Shown one piece after another: positions 12,309-21,143 of a stretch of DNA of 49,911 bases. Below the pieces are notes generated by a model. It worked only from the letters and a program-made list of their open reading frames with translations. It was not told the DNA's origin and did no database searches. The translations under genes and the position numbers were made by a program. Numbering within the stretch: the stretch's first letter is position 1; every line of letters starts with the position of its first letter. The DNA is taken from contig DHNJ01000274.1 in assembly GCA_002409445.1 (NCBI GenBank), forward strand, positions 9,758 to 59,668, in the 5' to 3' direction. This DNA comes from Armatimonadetes bacterium UBA5419 (GTDB taxonomy: Bacteria; Armatimonadota; UBA10988).

Positions 12309-13052
12309 CTACTCCTCCAGGCGTAGGCTGACCTCCCCCGCGGTCACCTGCCGCTTCGAGCCGTCTTCCAGTCGGATGGTCAGCCCACCATGCTGGTCCA
12401 AATCTTCCGCCTGCCCCAGCCACGAGCCCTCCGGCCCGTCGACGCGGACCGCGTGGCCCAACGTCACGTCACGCGAGCGCCACGCATCGCGCACCGGGCC
12501 CGGGCCGTCGCGCAGCAGCCGCTGGTAGAGCGTCCGCAGAGCCTGGGTTAGCACCGGCAACAAGTCGTCTGGCGCGAACTCCCGCTCCGCGGCGGTATTC
12601 AGCGAGGTCGCGGTCTCGGCCAACTCCTCGCCAAAATCGCCTGGCGCCTGGCCGACGTTCAGCCCGCAGCCGACGAGGGCCGCATACGAGTCGCCACAGA
12701 GCACCGTCTCGACCAATACGCCGCCGACCTTGCGAGCACCGAGCAGAACGTCGTTCGGCCACTTGAGCGCCGGCTCCAGCCCGGTCGCCTCGGCCACAGC
12801 CTGGGCCATCGCCGCGCCGGCGGCCAGGGCCAGCCAGGCGCTGTGGGTGAGGTGTGCCGGCGGCCGCAGGATGTAGGTCACGAGCAGCGAGGTGCCCGCG
12901 GGCGCGGTCCACGCCTTGCCCCGGCGCCCGCGCCCGGCCAACTGGTAGCCCGCGACGACCGCCGTGCCCTCGCGCGCGCCGCGTCGCGCCTGGTCGCGGG
13001 CCAGGTCGTTGGTGCTCGTGACTTCCGCGTACCGTATGGCCCTACCCCACAT
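12309..13052 (-). CDS. birA: biotin--[acetyl-CoA-carboxylase] ligase (no HTH domain)
   Basis: The ORF track gives 12309..13166. The ATG at 13052 (MWGRAIRYAEVTSTNDLA) overlaps the upstream stop as TGATG. The GRGRRGKAW biotin-binding loop is present. Confidence 0.9.
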   Translation of the reverse strand: MWGRAIRYAEVTSTNDLARDQARRGAREGTAVVAGYQLAGRGRRGKAWTAPAGTSLLVTYILRPPAHLTHSAWLALAAGAAMAQAVAEATGLEPALKWPNDVLLGARKVGGVLVETVLCGDSYAALVGCGLNVGQAPGDFGEELAETATSLNTAAEREFAPDDLLPVLTQALRTLYQRLLRDGPGPVRDAWRSRDVTLGHAVRVDGPEGSWLGQAEDLDQHGGLTIRLEDGSKRQVTAGEVSLRLEE

Positions 13053-13615
13053 CAGTCGACCGTCCCTTCGCCGCTCAGAACCTTCATCAACAGGTGGCAC
13101 AGCACCGCGTGCGCATCCTCGGCGTGCTGCATGTCCCTCGTCGGCGCAATGACCGCGACGTCGCACAGCGGCGCGCAGCGACCGCCGCCGAACGCCAGCA
13201 GGCCGGCCGTCCGGCCCTCGTGCGCACGCGCCCAGGCCAGCGCCCGTACGCAGTTCTCCGAGTTGCCACTGCCCGAGATGACCAGCAACAGGTCGCCCGC
13301 TTGCCAGTGATTCGGCAACTGGGCGGCGAATACCTCGGCGTAGTCGACATCATTGCCGTAGGCCGTCAACGTGGCCAGGTTGTCGACCAGCGGGATGACG
13401 CGGAACGGCGGTAGGTCGGGCCGCAAGCAGCCCTTGTTCAGGTCGGCGGCCAGGTGGCTGGCGAGGGAGGCGCTGCCGCCGTTGCCACAGACGAACACCC
13501 GGTGGCCGTCGCGGCGAGCCTGTTCCAGGGCGGTGACCAGATCGCTGACCGCGGCCAGGTCGAAGGCCTGGATGACGCGCGCGGTCTCGGCCAGGTAATC
13601 GGCCAGATAGCTCAT
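13052..13615 (-). CDS. gmhA: SIS-domain protein, D-sedoheptulose-7-phosphate isomerase-like
   Basis: 187 aa with VFVCGNGGSASLASHLAADL and LLVISGSGNSEN, as in GmhA/DiaA-type SIS proteins. Confidence 0.7.
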   Translation of the reverse strand: MSYLADYLAETARVIQAFDLAAVSDLVTALEQARRDGHRVFVCGNGGSASLASHLAADLNKGCLRPDLPPFRVIPLVDNLATLTAYGNDVDYAEVFAAQLPNHWQAGDLLLVISGSGNSENCVRALAWARAHEGRTAGLLAFGGGRCAPLCDVAVIAPTRDMQHAEDAHAVLCHLLMKVLSGEGTVD

Positions 13616-13632
13616 CCGCTCCTCCGCTCCGC

Positions 13633-14466
13633 TCAGCGCGCCAGGGCGAACCGCCGCACCGCTTCGGCCAGCCCGTCGTGGTCACAGTCGGCGACGACCG
13701 CATCGGCGACGGCCTGCAGCTCCGGGCAGGCCTGGCCCATGGCCACTCCGATGCCGGCCCGGCTGACCATCTCGATGTCGTTCAGTCCATCACCAATCGC
13801 CAGGATAGCCGAGCCGTCATAGCCCCGCAAGGCAGCCCAGCGCTGCAGCGCGGTCCACTTGCCCACGCCCGGCGCGATGAAGTCGAGGATCCACCGCCCG
13901 TAAAGCGGATGCCACAGTGGCGAGACCGTGCAGCGCCCAGCGAAGCGCTCACCTAGAATGATCGTCTGCGCCTTGACCAGGCGCTCGGCGGCCGCGTCGT
14001 CGCCGACCAGGGTCGTTAGCATCAGCGGGTCGTCGTGAATCCAGGCCGCGACGTCACCGACCTCGTCGATGAGGCCCTCGAAGCGCTGGGCGAACGGTGC
14101 TGGCAGCCGCGCGATGCTGGGCACGGCGACGCGTTCGGTCACGGCGTGGAAGACGTAGGCGTCCAGACCCAGCTCGCCCAGCGCGCCGACGACGTTGCGC
14201 GCGACCGTAGCCGGGACATAGCTGGTCCAGAGCGGCGGCTGGTCGAGCCGCGGCCAGGCCAGCGCGCCGTTGTTGACGATCGCGCCGAGCCGCGGGTCGA
14301 TGGCCTCGATGACCGGCCGAGTCGTACTGAGCACGCGGCCGGTGGCGAGGACAACCTCGATGCCGGCGTCGAGCGTTTCGACCAGCACCGTGCGGGTTGC
14401 GGGACGCACTTCGTGGTTGCTGTCGGTCGTCGTGCCGTCGATGTCCAACGCGATGAGGCGGATCAT
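13633..14466 (-). CDS. Cof-type HAD-IIB phosphatase
   Basis: IRLIALDIDGTTTD and GDGLNDIEM motifs. The ATG at 14466 overlaps the upstream stop as ATGA. The ORF track start is 14481. Confidence 0.8.
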   Translation of the reverse strand: MIRLIALDIDGTTTDSNHEVRPATRTVLVETLDAGIEVVLATGRVLSTTRPVIEAIDPRLGAIVNNGALAWPRLDQPPLWTSYVPATVARNVVGALGELGLDAYVFHAVTERVAVPSIARLPAPFAQRFEGLIDEVGDVAAWIHDDPLMLTTLVGDDAAAERLVKAQTIILGERFAGRCTVSPLWHPLYGRWILDFIAPGVGKWTALQRWAALRGYDGSAILAIGDGLNDIEMVSRAGIGVAMGQACPELQAVADAVVADCDHDGLAEAVRRFALAR

Positions 14467-15299
14467 GGGTTCAGCACCCACCGCTCAACCGCCGCGGCCA
14501 GTCCGTCGTCATCGACCGTGCCGGTCACGGCGTCGGCCACAGCCAAAGCTGCGGGTGACGCATCCCCCATCGCCACACCCCAGCCCACCTCGGCCAACAT
14601 CGCCACGTCGTTGTCGGCGTCGCCGACGGCCATCACGTCGCTCAGTGGCACCCCGCGACGCGTGGCGAAAGCCGCCACCGCCGCGCCCTTATCCGCGCTC
14701 GGGTGGACGAACGTAAGAATCCAGAGGTCGTCAGCATGGTACGGCGCGCCCGCGACGGTTGCGCGGTCCACGTACTCTGCCCGCCAACGCTCCGCCCACG
14801 GCAGCAACGCCGCTTCGGGCCCAGCGACCACGACGACCAGAGGCGGCTCGTGGAGCCATTCCAAGACATCGCCATACCAGACGTCGTGCACATCGAGATC
14901 GACAAAACTAGGCAGCGGCCGCCGCGGCAGGTCCGCCGCGATGGTCTGGCCGCGCAGCGGGTCCTGGTAGACGAACGGTGTCGCCCCCGCCGCCCGCGCT
15001 GCGCGGACGACGTCGCGCGCCGTCGCCACATCGAGCATCGCGTGGCCGAACGGCGCATGCTCGGTGCTGTCGGCCAGCACGGCGCCGTTGCACAGCGCCA
15101 GGCCGACCGGCTCCGCCAGCCGCAGGTCCTCGACCACCGCCGCCGCGCCGTCGCCGGCCCGACCGGTGGCGAGGACCAGGTCCACCCCACCCGCCTGCGC
15201 CGCCCGCAGCACCTCGCGGGTGCGAGGCGAGACGCGGTTCGAGCGACCGACAAGCGTCCCGTCCACATCCAGAGCTAGCAAGCGATACCGCAACCTCAA
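14463..15299 (-). CDS. Cof-type HAD-IIB phosphatase (tandem paralog)
   Basis: LLALDVDGTLV and GDADNDVAM motifs. The TTG start overlaps the gltX stop (TTGA). Confidence 0.8.
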   Translation of the reverse strand: MRLRYRLLALDVDGTLVGRSNRVSPRTREVLRAAQAGGVDLVLATGRAGDGAAAVVEDLRLAEPVGLALCNGAVLADSTEHAPFGHAMLDVATARDVVRAARAAGATPFVYQDPLRGQTIAADLPRRPLPSFVDLDVHDVWYGDVLEWLHEPPLVVVVAGPEAALLPWAERWRAEYVDRATVAGAPYHADDLWILTFVHPSADKGAAVAAFATRRGVPLSDVMAVGDADNDVAMLAEVGWGVAMGDASPAALAVADAVTGTVDDDGLAAAVERWVLNP

Positions 15300-16780
15300 C
15301 CCTCCAGAGCCGGCAGATGGCGCAGGCGGTGCAGCACCCGCTCACGCCCCAGCGCCAGGCACAGTTCGAACGCGCTCGGCCCGACCGCATAGCCGGTGAC
15401 GGCGGTCCGCAAGCCGTTGATCAACAGCCCAGCGCCCACGCCTTCCTCCTCGGCGTAGCCACGCAAGGCTGCCTCAAGGCTCTCGTGATCAAAAGGCACC
15501 GCCTCGAAGCGGTTAGCCAACTCATTAAGCAACGGTCCAGTGCGCGGGTTCTTGGCCAGGTTCTTCTTGACCGCGGCGGGGTCGTACTCGACGCGGTCGC
15601 TCAGGTAGGCGGCGCCCTGGACGACGAAGTCCTCCAGGGTCCAGAACCGCTGGCGGATCAGATCGATGGTCGCCTCGAACCATTCGGCCTGCGCGCCGAT
15701 GAAGTCGTCGGACCAGAGACCCGCACGCTCCAGCCAGGGCCGCAGGTGCGGCAGCAGGTCGGCGATGGGCATCGAGCGGATCCACGAGGCGTTGAGGTTC
15801 TGAGCCTTGGCGTCGGTCCACTGCTTGGGGTTGCTCGCGTCGTAGATGAACTTCGCATTCGAGCGGCCGGCGCGGCTCAGGTCGAAGTCGGCGGCCAGCT
15901 GGTCGAGGGTCAGCAGCTCGGACTCCTCGGCCTCGCCGGTCGAGTAGCCAAGCTGCGCCAGGAAGCTGCACATCGCCTCGGGCAGGAAGCCGCGGTCGCG
16001 ATAGGTGGTGATGCTGACCACCTCGCCGTGCCGGCGCTTGGACAGCTTGCTGCCGTCGGGCGCCATGATTAACGCCAGATGGCCAAACTGCGGCACCGGG
16101 GCGCCGAGCGCCTGGTAGAGCAGGATCTGCTTGGGCGTGTTGGACAGGTGGTCCTGGCCGCGCAAGATGTGCGTGATGCCTTCGTCGATGTCGTCGCAGA
16201 CGACGCTGAGCATGTAGAGCGGCGAGCCGTCGGCCCGCAGCAGAACGAAGTCATCGATTTCGTCGGGGTCGATCGACTGCGGCCCGTAGACCAGGTCCTC
16301 GAACTCGATGCGTCCGGCCGCCCGCGGCACACGACAGCGCACGACCGACGGCGCGCCGGCCGCCGCGCGCGCGGCCTGCTCCTCGGCCGAGATCACGCAA
16401 TCGGGCCCCGTGTACTTCCAGGACGGCACGCCGCGCGCGGCCGCGGACTCACGGGCGGCGGCGATCTCCTGGGTCGTGGCGTAGCAGCGGTAGGCGTGGC
16501 CGCTGGCCAGCAGTTGGTGGGCGGCGGCGGTGTGGCGGTCCAGGTTCTCGCTCTGGTAGATGACGTCGCCGTCCCATTCGAGCCCAAGCCAGCGCATCGA
16601 GTCGAGGATGACCTCAACGTGCTCCGGGGTCGAGCGTTCGCGATCGGTGTCCTCAATGCGGAGGATGAACTCGCCGCCCTGCTGGCGGGCGAAAAGCCAA
16701 CTGAACAACGCGGTACGGGCGCTGCCGACGTGGAAATAGCCGGTCGGCGAGGGCGCCATGCGGGTCCGAACCTGGGCCAT
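15296..16780 (-). CDS. gltX: glutamate--tRNA ligase
   Basis: MAQVRTRMAPSPTGYFHVGSARTALF (HIGH region), RIEDTD, and KLSKR (KMSKS). A GGAGG RBS sits before the ATG at 16780. The ORF track start is 16846. Confidence 0.95.
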   Translation of the reverse strand: MAQVRTRMAPSPTGYFHVGSARTALFSWLFARQQGGEFILRIEDTDRERSTPEHVEVILDSMRWLGLEWDGDVIYQSENLDRHTAAAHQLLASGHAYRCYATTQEIAAARESAAARGVPSWKYTGPDCVISAEEQAARAAAGAPSVVRCRVPRAAGRIEFEDLVYGPQSIDPDEIDDFVLLRADGSPLYMLSVVCDDIDEGITHILRGQDHLSNTPKQILLYQALGAPVPQFGHLALIMAPDGSKLSKRRHGEVVSITTYRDRGFLPEAMCSFLAQLGYSTGEAEESELLTLDQLAADFDLSRAGRSNAKFIYDASNPKQWTDAKAQNLNASWIRSMPIADLLPHLRPWLERAGLWSDDFIGAQAEWFEATIDLIRQRFWTLEDFVVQGAAYLSDRVEYDPAAVKKNLAKNPRTGPLLNELANRFEAVPFDHESLEAALRGYAEEEGVGAGLLINGLRTAVTGYAVGPSAFELCLALGRERVLHRLRHLPALEG

Positions 16781-16808
16781 GGAGGGCCTCCTAGCAACGT
16801 AAACGCAA

Positions 16809-16834
16809 CCGGGGCGCGGGTGGCCGCGCCCCGG
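16809..16834 (-). terminator. GC-rich hairpin (11-bp stem, 4-nt loop) after argG
   Basis: CCGGGGCGCGG-GTGG-CCGCGCCCCGG, followed on the minus strand by TTGCGTTTACGTTG. It lies between the argG stop (16862) and the gltX start (16780). Confidence 0.55.
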
Positions 16835-16861
16835 AGCAAAGGTCATGCGGCCGCGGACAGC

Positions 16862-18064
16862 CTACTGGCGTTCGCGTTCGAGCGCCGCGCTGAGCTTGGT
16901 CGGCAGGCCCCAGATGGTGATGAACCCGAGCGCCGCCGAATGGTCGAACTGGTCGGCCTTGTCGTAGGTTGCCATCTCGTAGCTGTACAGGGCGTTCGGC
17001 GACTTGCGGCCCTCGACCACGGCGCTGCCCTTGTAGAGGCGGACCCGCACTTCGCCGGTCACGTTGCGCTGCGTCGAGTCGACGAAGGCATTCAGGTGCG
17101 GCAGCAGCGTGCCGTGCCACAAGCCATTGTAGACCAGCTGGCCCCAGCGCTGCGAGACGCCGCGCTTGAACTCTAGCGTGTCCTTGTCCAGCGTCAGATG
17201 CTCGAGATCCATGTGCGCCGCATACAGCACCGCGCCGGCGGGCGCCTCGTAGATCTCGCGCGACTTGATGCCGACCAAGCGGTCCTCAAGCACGTCGTAC
17301 CGGCCGACGCCGTGGCGGCCAGCGATTTCGTTGAGCTGAGCGATCAGCGGCGACGGGTCGAGCGCCTGGCCGTTGAGCGACACGGGGACGCCCTGCTCGA
17401 AGCCGATCGTCACGCGCTCGGGCTCGTTCGGCGCGTCCAGCGGATCGACGGTCCACTCGTAGGCGCCGGCGGGCGGCGAGTTGTTCGGATCCTCGAGCAC
17501 GCCGCACTCGCAACTGCGGCCCCACAGGTTCACGTCGGTGCTGTAGGGGTTGTCTAGGTCGACGGGAATGGGCACACCGTGCACGCGGGCGTACTCGATC
17601 TCCTCGTCGCGCGACATGTTCCACTCGCGCGCGGGGGCGATCACGGTCAGGCTGGGGTTCAGGGCGGCGAAGCCGACCTCGAAGCGCACCTGGTCGTTGC
17701 CCTTGCCCGTGCAGCCGTGGGCCACGGCGTCGCAGCCGGTCGCCTCGGCGATGCGGACCATCTCCTCGACGATCAGCGGCCGGGCCAGCGCGGTGGCCAG
17801 CAGGTACTTGTCGTTGTAGACGGCCCCGGCCTTCAGCGCGGGCCACAAGAACTCGCGCACGAAACGGTCACGCGCGTCGACCACATGCGATTCGACGGCA
17901 CCGACGGCCAAAGCCTTGGTCCGAATCGCCTCGTAGTTCTTCTCTTCACCGACGTCGATGGCCACGGCCACGATCTCGGCGTTGTACTTCTCGGCCAACC
18001 ACTTGACCGCGACGCTCGTGTCGAGCCCGCCCGAATAGGCCAGCGCGATCCGCTTGATGCTCAT
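16862..18064 (-). CDS. argG: argininosuccinate synthase
   Basis: MSIKRIALAYSGGLDTSVAVKWL, and full-length similarity to ArgG by eye (GCTGKGNDQVRFE). Confidence 0.95.
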   Translation of the reverse strand: MSIKRIALAYSGGLDTSVAVKWLAEKYNAEIVAVAIDVGEEKNYEAIRTKALAVGAVESHVVDARDRFVREFLWPALKAGAVYNDKYLLATALARPLIVEEMVRIAEATGCDAVAHGCTGKGNDQVRFEVGFAALNPSLTVIAPAREWNMSRDEEIEYARVHGVPIPVDLDNPYSTDVNLWGRSCECGVLEDPNNSPPAGAYEWTVDPLDAPNEPERVTIGFEQGVPVSLNGQALDPSPLIAQLNEIAGRHGVGRYDVLEDRLVGIKSREIYEAPAGAVLYAAHMDLEHLTLDKDTLEFKRGVSQRWGQLVYNGLWHGTLLPHLNAFVDSTQRNVTGEVRVRLYKGSAVVEGRKSPNALYSYEMATYDKADQFDHSAALGFITIWGLPTKLSAALERERQ

Positions 18065-18090
18065 GTCTGGGTACCTCCAGCCCGTCCCTT

Positions 18091-18118
18091 AGTCTACCAC
18101 TGTGGCGCTAGGCGCCAA
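18091..18118 (-). promoter_or_regulatory. candidate argG promoter (TTGGCG-16 nt-TAGACT)
   Basis: The reverse complement of 18091-18118 reads TTGGCGCCTAGCGCCACAGTGGTAGACT. A GGAGG RBS follows. Confidence 0.4.
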
Positions 18119-18134
18119 GGACGCGGGTGGAACC

Positions 18135-19412
18135 CTACTCCTCGGCCTCACCCGCCAGCTGCTCCGGCGTGTGGCACTGCTCGCAGTAGTTCGACTGGTG
18201 GCACTTGACGCACGGCTGGTCCTGGCCGAACTTCGCCTCGCCCGCGTGGCCGTAGATGTAGTTGCGCGGGTGCGGCACGGTCGCGCCGTGGCAGTCGCGG
18301 CAGTCGTTGCTCGTATGGCAGCGGCCGCAGTCCTCGCTGCGCCCCAACGCCTCCAGGCCGTGGACCCGCTCGTAGTCCGCCGGGTGCGGCATCGGCCGGC
18401 CGTGGCAGTCGTCACATTCGCGCTGCTGGTGGCACTTAGCGCAGTTGTCTGGGCTGGACTTCGCCTGCGCGCCGTGCTGTGTGTCGAAGCCTGTCGGGTG
18501 CGGCAATCGCAGCCCGTGGCAGGAGTCGCAGTAGCTCTGCGTGTGGCAGGTCGCGCATCTCGGGTCGTCGCGCTTGGCGGCCGGCCCGTGGGTCGTGCCA
18601 AAGTTGCTCGGGTGCGGGTTGTTGCCTGCGTGGCAGCTGTCGCAGTCGCGCTGGGTGTGGCAGGTGCTGCACTGGCGCTGGTCATGCTGCCCGTGGACGT
18701 CGATGAAGCCCGCCGGGTGCGGCATCGGGAAGCCACCGTGGCAGTCGTTGCAGTAGCTCGGGGTGTGGCAGGTGCCGCACAGCTCCGACTGCGACTTGGC
18801 CATCGGCCCGTGGCTGGCGGCGAAGCCGGCCGGGTGCGGCAGGCTCAGCCCGTGGCAGTTGTCGCACTGGCGCTGCGTGTGGCAGGTCAGGCAGGTCTCC
18901 TGCGGCGCGTCCTGCCCGTGCCCGCGTGCGAAGTCGGCGCGCTTGTGGCTCTCGGGCATGATCACTTCGCCCGCGGTGTGGCAGGTGCGGCAGTCGTCCG
19001 GCGCCTGGTTACCGTCGTGGCAGGCGCCGCAGTGCCGGCTGACACCCCAGGAGTGCTGGATGCCGACCTTCTCGGCGGGTACGGGCGAGTGATCCTCGGC
19101 GGTGTGGCACTGATTGCAATGCAGGCCGCGGTCGGTGTGGTTCTGGTGCGAGAAGCGCAGCCGGCCCTGCATGTCCTCCAGCGGCGTGTGGCACTCGAAA
19201 CAGGTCAGCCCGGTGAGGATATTGCCCTCCACCGTGGGCACACCGGTCACGCCGGGCAGCAGCGACGCGCCCTCGTCGGTCATTGCCTCGGTCCGCGCGG
19301 CGCGCTGGAGTGGCGTCGTCTGTGTGCCGTCGCGCAGGCCGCAATGGGTCAGCAGCGGTGCCAACAGCGCCAGCACCAGCGCCAGGAGGCTCGCGCGTCG
19401 GTGGCTACTCAT
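18135..19412 (-). CDS. multiheme cytochrome c with 18 CxxCH motifs (4 N-terminal plus 7 diheme repeats)
   Basis: The ORF track gives 18135..19565. The ATG at 19412 (MSSHRRASLLALVLALLAPLL, a hydrophobic signal or anchor) overlaps the upstream stop by 8 nt. The 18 motifs, counted by eye, are: CFECH, CNQCH, CGACH, CRTCH, CLTCH, CDNCH, CGTCH, CNDCH, CSTCH, CDSCH, CATCH, CDSCH, CAKCH, CDDCH, CGRCH, CRDCH, CVKCH, CEQCH. Confidence 0.85.
   Translation of the reverse strand: MSSHRRASLLALVLALLAPLLTHCGLRDGTQTTPLQRAARTEAMTDEGASLLPGVTGVPTVEGNILTGLTCFECHTPLEDMQGRLRFSHQNHTDRGLHCNQCHTAEDHSPVPAEKVGIQHSWGVSRHCGACHDGNQAPDDCRTCHTAGEVIMPESHKRADFARGHGQDAPQETCLTCHTQRQCDNCHGLSLPHPAGFAASHGPMAKSQSELCGTCHTPSYCNDCHGGFPMPHPAGFIDVHGQHDQRQCSTCHTQRDCDSCHAGNNPHPSNFGTTHGPAAKRDDPRCATCHTQSYCDSCHGLRLPHPTGFDTQHGAQAKSSPDNCAKCHQQRECDDCHGRPMPHPADYERVHGLEALGRSEDCGRCHTSNDCRDCHGATVPHPRNYIYGHAGEAKFGQDQPCVKCHQSNYCEQCHTPEQLAGEAEE
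18171..18893 (-). repeat. in-frame tandem coding repeat (~114 nt / ~38 aa, about 6.5 copies) encoding diheme units
   Basis: The unit is CxxCH-T-x3-CxxCH-G-x3-PHP-x-GF-x3-HG-x-AK. Copies begin at residues 174, 212, 248, 286, 324, 362 and 401 of the 425-aa protein. Confidence 0.8.
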
Positions 19413-20169
19413 CCTCGGCCGCCTTTGCTCCGTCGGCGTCGACCGTCGGCAGTGGCTGCGTCGGCACGATGCCGTCCGGCCCCGCGAACGCGTCGGCGCC
19501 TTGCGCTTCGAGCACTTCAAGTTCGTTGGGGTGCAATTCCTCCATCTGCTCGCGAGACATCTCACCCGACCACCAAACCATGTTGAGCGGCCAGATGCCG
19601 TTGGCCACGTGCACGTGGTAGACGTGCCCGATGAGCAAGAAGACCAGCGCGAGTACCGACTCTAGGCTGTGCAGATGGACCGCTACGTCGTAGCCAGTTG
19701 GCCCGACCACCGCGTGGGCGGTGGCCTTGAACCAAATGACCAAGCCCGTGCCAATCATCAGCACACTACCGCCGGTGGCCGCCCAATAGTCGAACTTCTC
19801 GATGAAGGAATAGCGGGCGAAGCGCGGGTGGTCGGGCCGTTGACCGATCAGATACTGCACTAGGTGCCAGGCATCCTTGAAGTCGACCAGCCGCGGGATC
19901 GTGCTGAAGCGGAAGGTCCGAGAGCGCCACCGCAGCAGCAGATAGACGATGTGCCAGAGGAAACAAACCGTCAGCGCGGCGCCGAAGAACTTGTGCACCA
20001 GCATCATGTTCTCGACCCCGCCGAACATCCCCGCGATCGTCTGCGCGGGCCTCGTGTCGGCATAGCGCTGGGGCATGCCGGTCAGACCCAGCATGATCAC
20101 CGAGACGAGCAACAACTGGTGCTGGCGAATCTGCGACTTGTCCCAGCGGCGGTAACGGCGTCCTCTCAT
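19405..20169 (-). CDS. FdnI/HydC-type cytochrome b-like integral membrane subunit
   Basis: About 4 TM helices with His residues inside them (RQHQLLLVSVIMLGLTG, LVHKFFGA, VAVHLHSLE, LLIGHVYHVH) and the EKFDYWA block typical of Ni/Fe-hydrogenase/formate dehydrogenase b-type cytochromes. Both ends overlap the neighbouring genes. Confidence 0.75.
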   Translation of the reverse strand: MRGRRYRRWDKSQIRQHQLLLVSVIMLGLTGMPQRYADTRPAQTIAGMFGGVENMMLVHKFFGAALTVCFLWHIVYLLLRWRSRTFRFSTIPRLVDFKDAWHLVQYLIGQRPDHPRFARYSFIEKFDYWAATGGSVLMIGTGLVIWFKATAHAVVGPTGYDVAVHLHSLESVLALVFLLIGHVYHVHVANGIWPLNMVWWSGEMSREQMEELHPNELEVLEAQGADAFAGPDGIVPTQPLPTVDADGAKAAEDE

Positions 20170-21143
20170 GCGTGGCCTCCCGCCTCATCCTCGCGCGCTG
20201 CCTGAGCGGCCAGCGCCGCGCGCGCCGCCCGCCGATAGTTGAGGCGCCGGCGCGTGATGTCGAGGAAAATGTGGATGAACATGACCCCCAGGACCAGGCT
20301 CATCAGGAAGTAGTGGACCTTGCCGATCAGGAAGACAATCGGCCGCACTTGGAAACTGGGCACCTCATGCCCAAAGCTGAGTGCGAACTTCTCGCCCACG
20401 CCCGGATGGCAGCCGGCTCGCCCGCAGCCCTGGTCCACGTTCGCAGGATTGACCGTCGACTGTGGATCGCCCGGCTTGAGGATGGTGTGCGCGTTCTCTG
20501 CCGGCGCATGACAACTGGTGCACACCGCCACCCGACGGTCACCGATCAGTCGTTTGCGCCCATGGAAGTGCAGGTCGTAGGTCTCAACCACGTGCGTGCC
20601 GAGCTGAACCTGGGCCATCACCTTCTGGTCTGCGTGGCAGCTGGCGCAGGTGTCGACCTGCTGGTCGATACCCACCGGACTCTCGAGGTCGTCGAGGCTG
20701 CTGATGTAGTGGTTGCCGTGGCAACTGTCACAGAGCGGGGCGATTTCGCTGCCGGCCTTGCGTGCCTGGCCATGGTCGCTCGCCATGTAGCCGACCGCGG
20801 CCTCCTTGTGGCAGCCCATACAGTTGTTCAGTGCGATCTGGCGGCTAGTGCTCAGCCCCTGCAGGAACGGCGCGTACTGCTCGTCGATGGCCGGCAGGCG
20901 GCCCGCAGCCAAGTCGTGCGGTCCCAAGCCCAACTCGCCATGGCAGCCCAGGCAGCCTTCGCCCCCGTGCTGGGAGAGGAAGAACTTCTGGCCGTCCACA
21001 TGCAGTGAGCGCACGGAGCCGTCCGGCCGCCGCTCGGCCAGGGCGCCCGCATGACAGACCAGGCAGTCGCTGGTCACATCGGCGGGCGCGCTGGTCACCA
21101 ACCAGCACAGACCCACCGCGAAGCTAAGCAGGACATACCTCAC
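20166..21143 (-). CDS. multiheme cytochrome c (6 CxxCH plus one CGRAGCH) with a C-terminal TM anchor
   Basis: Signal peptide MRYVLLSFAVGLCWLVTSAPA. Motifs: CLVCH, CLGCH, CMGCH, CDSCH, CASCH, CTSCH, plus CGRAGCH. C-terminal helix IVFLIGKVHYFLMSLVLGVMFIHIFL, then a basic tail. Confidence 0.85.
   Translation of the reverse strand: MRYVLLSFAVGLCWLVTSAPADVTSDCLVCHAGALAERRPDGSVRSLHVDGQKFFLSQHGGEGCLGCHGELGLGPHDLAAGRLPAIDEQYAPFLQGLSTSRQIALNNCMGCHKEAAVGYMASDHGQARKAGSEIAPLCDSCHGNHYISSLDDLESPVGIDQQVDTCASCHADQKVMAQVQLGTHVVETYDLHFHGRKRLIGDRRVAVCTSCHAPAENAHTILKPGDPQSTVNPANVDQGCGRAGCHPGVGEKFALSFGHEVPSFQVRPIVFLIGKVHYFLMSLVLGVMFIHIFLDITRRRLNYRRAARAALAAQAAREDEAGGHA

Noticed and set aside
18171-18893. Periodic ~114-nt repeats that could be mistaken for a CRISPR-like or satellite array
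   Set aside because: The units are contiguous with no spacers, they are in frame, and they encode the diheme motif. This is a protein-coding repeat.
18102-19586. 494-aa plus-strand ORF and 18089..18736 (215 aa) overlapping the 18-heme cytochrome gene
   Set aside because: These are repetitive Arg/Ala/Val or Thr/Arg/Ala translations produced by the coding repeat read in other frames. The 18 regularly spaced CxxCH motifs identify the true frame.
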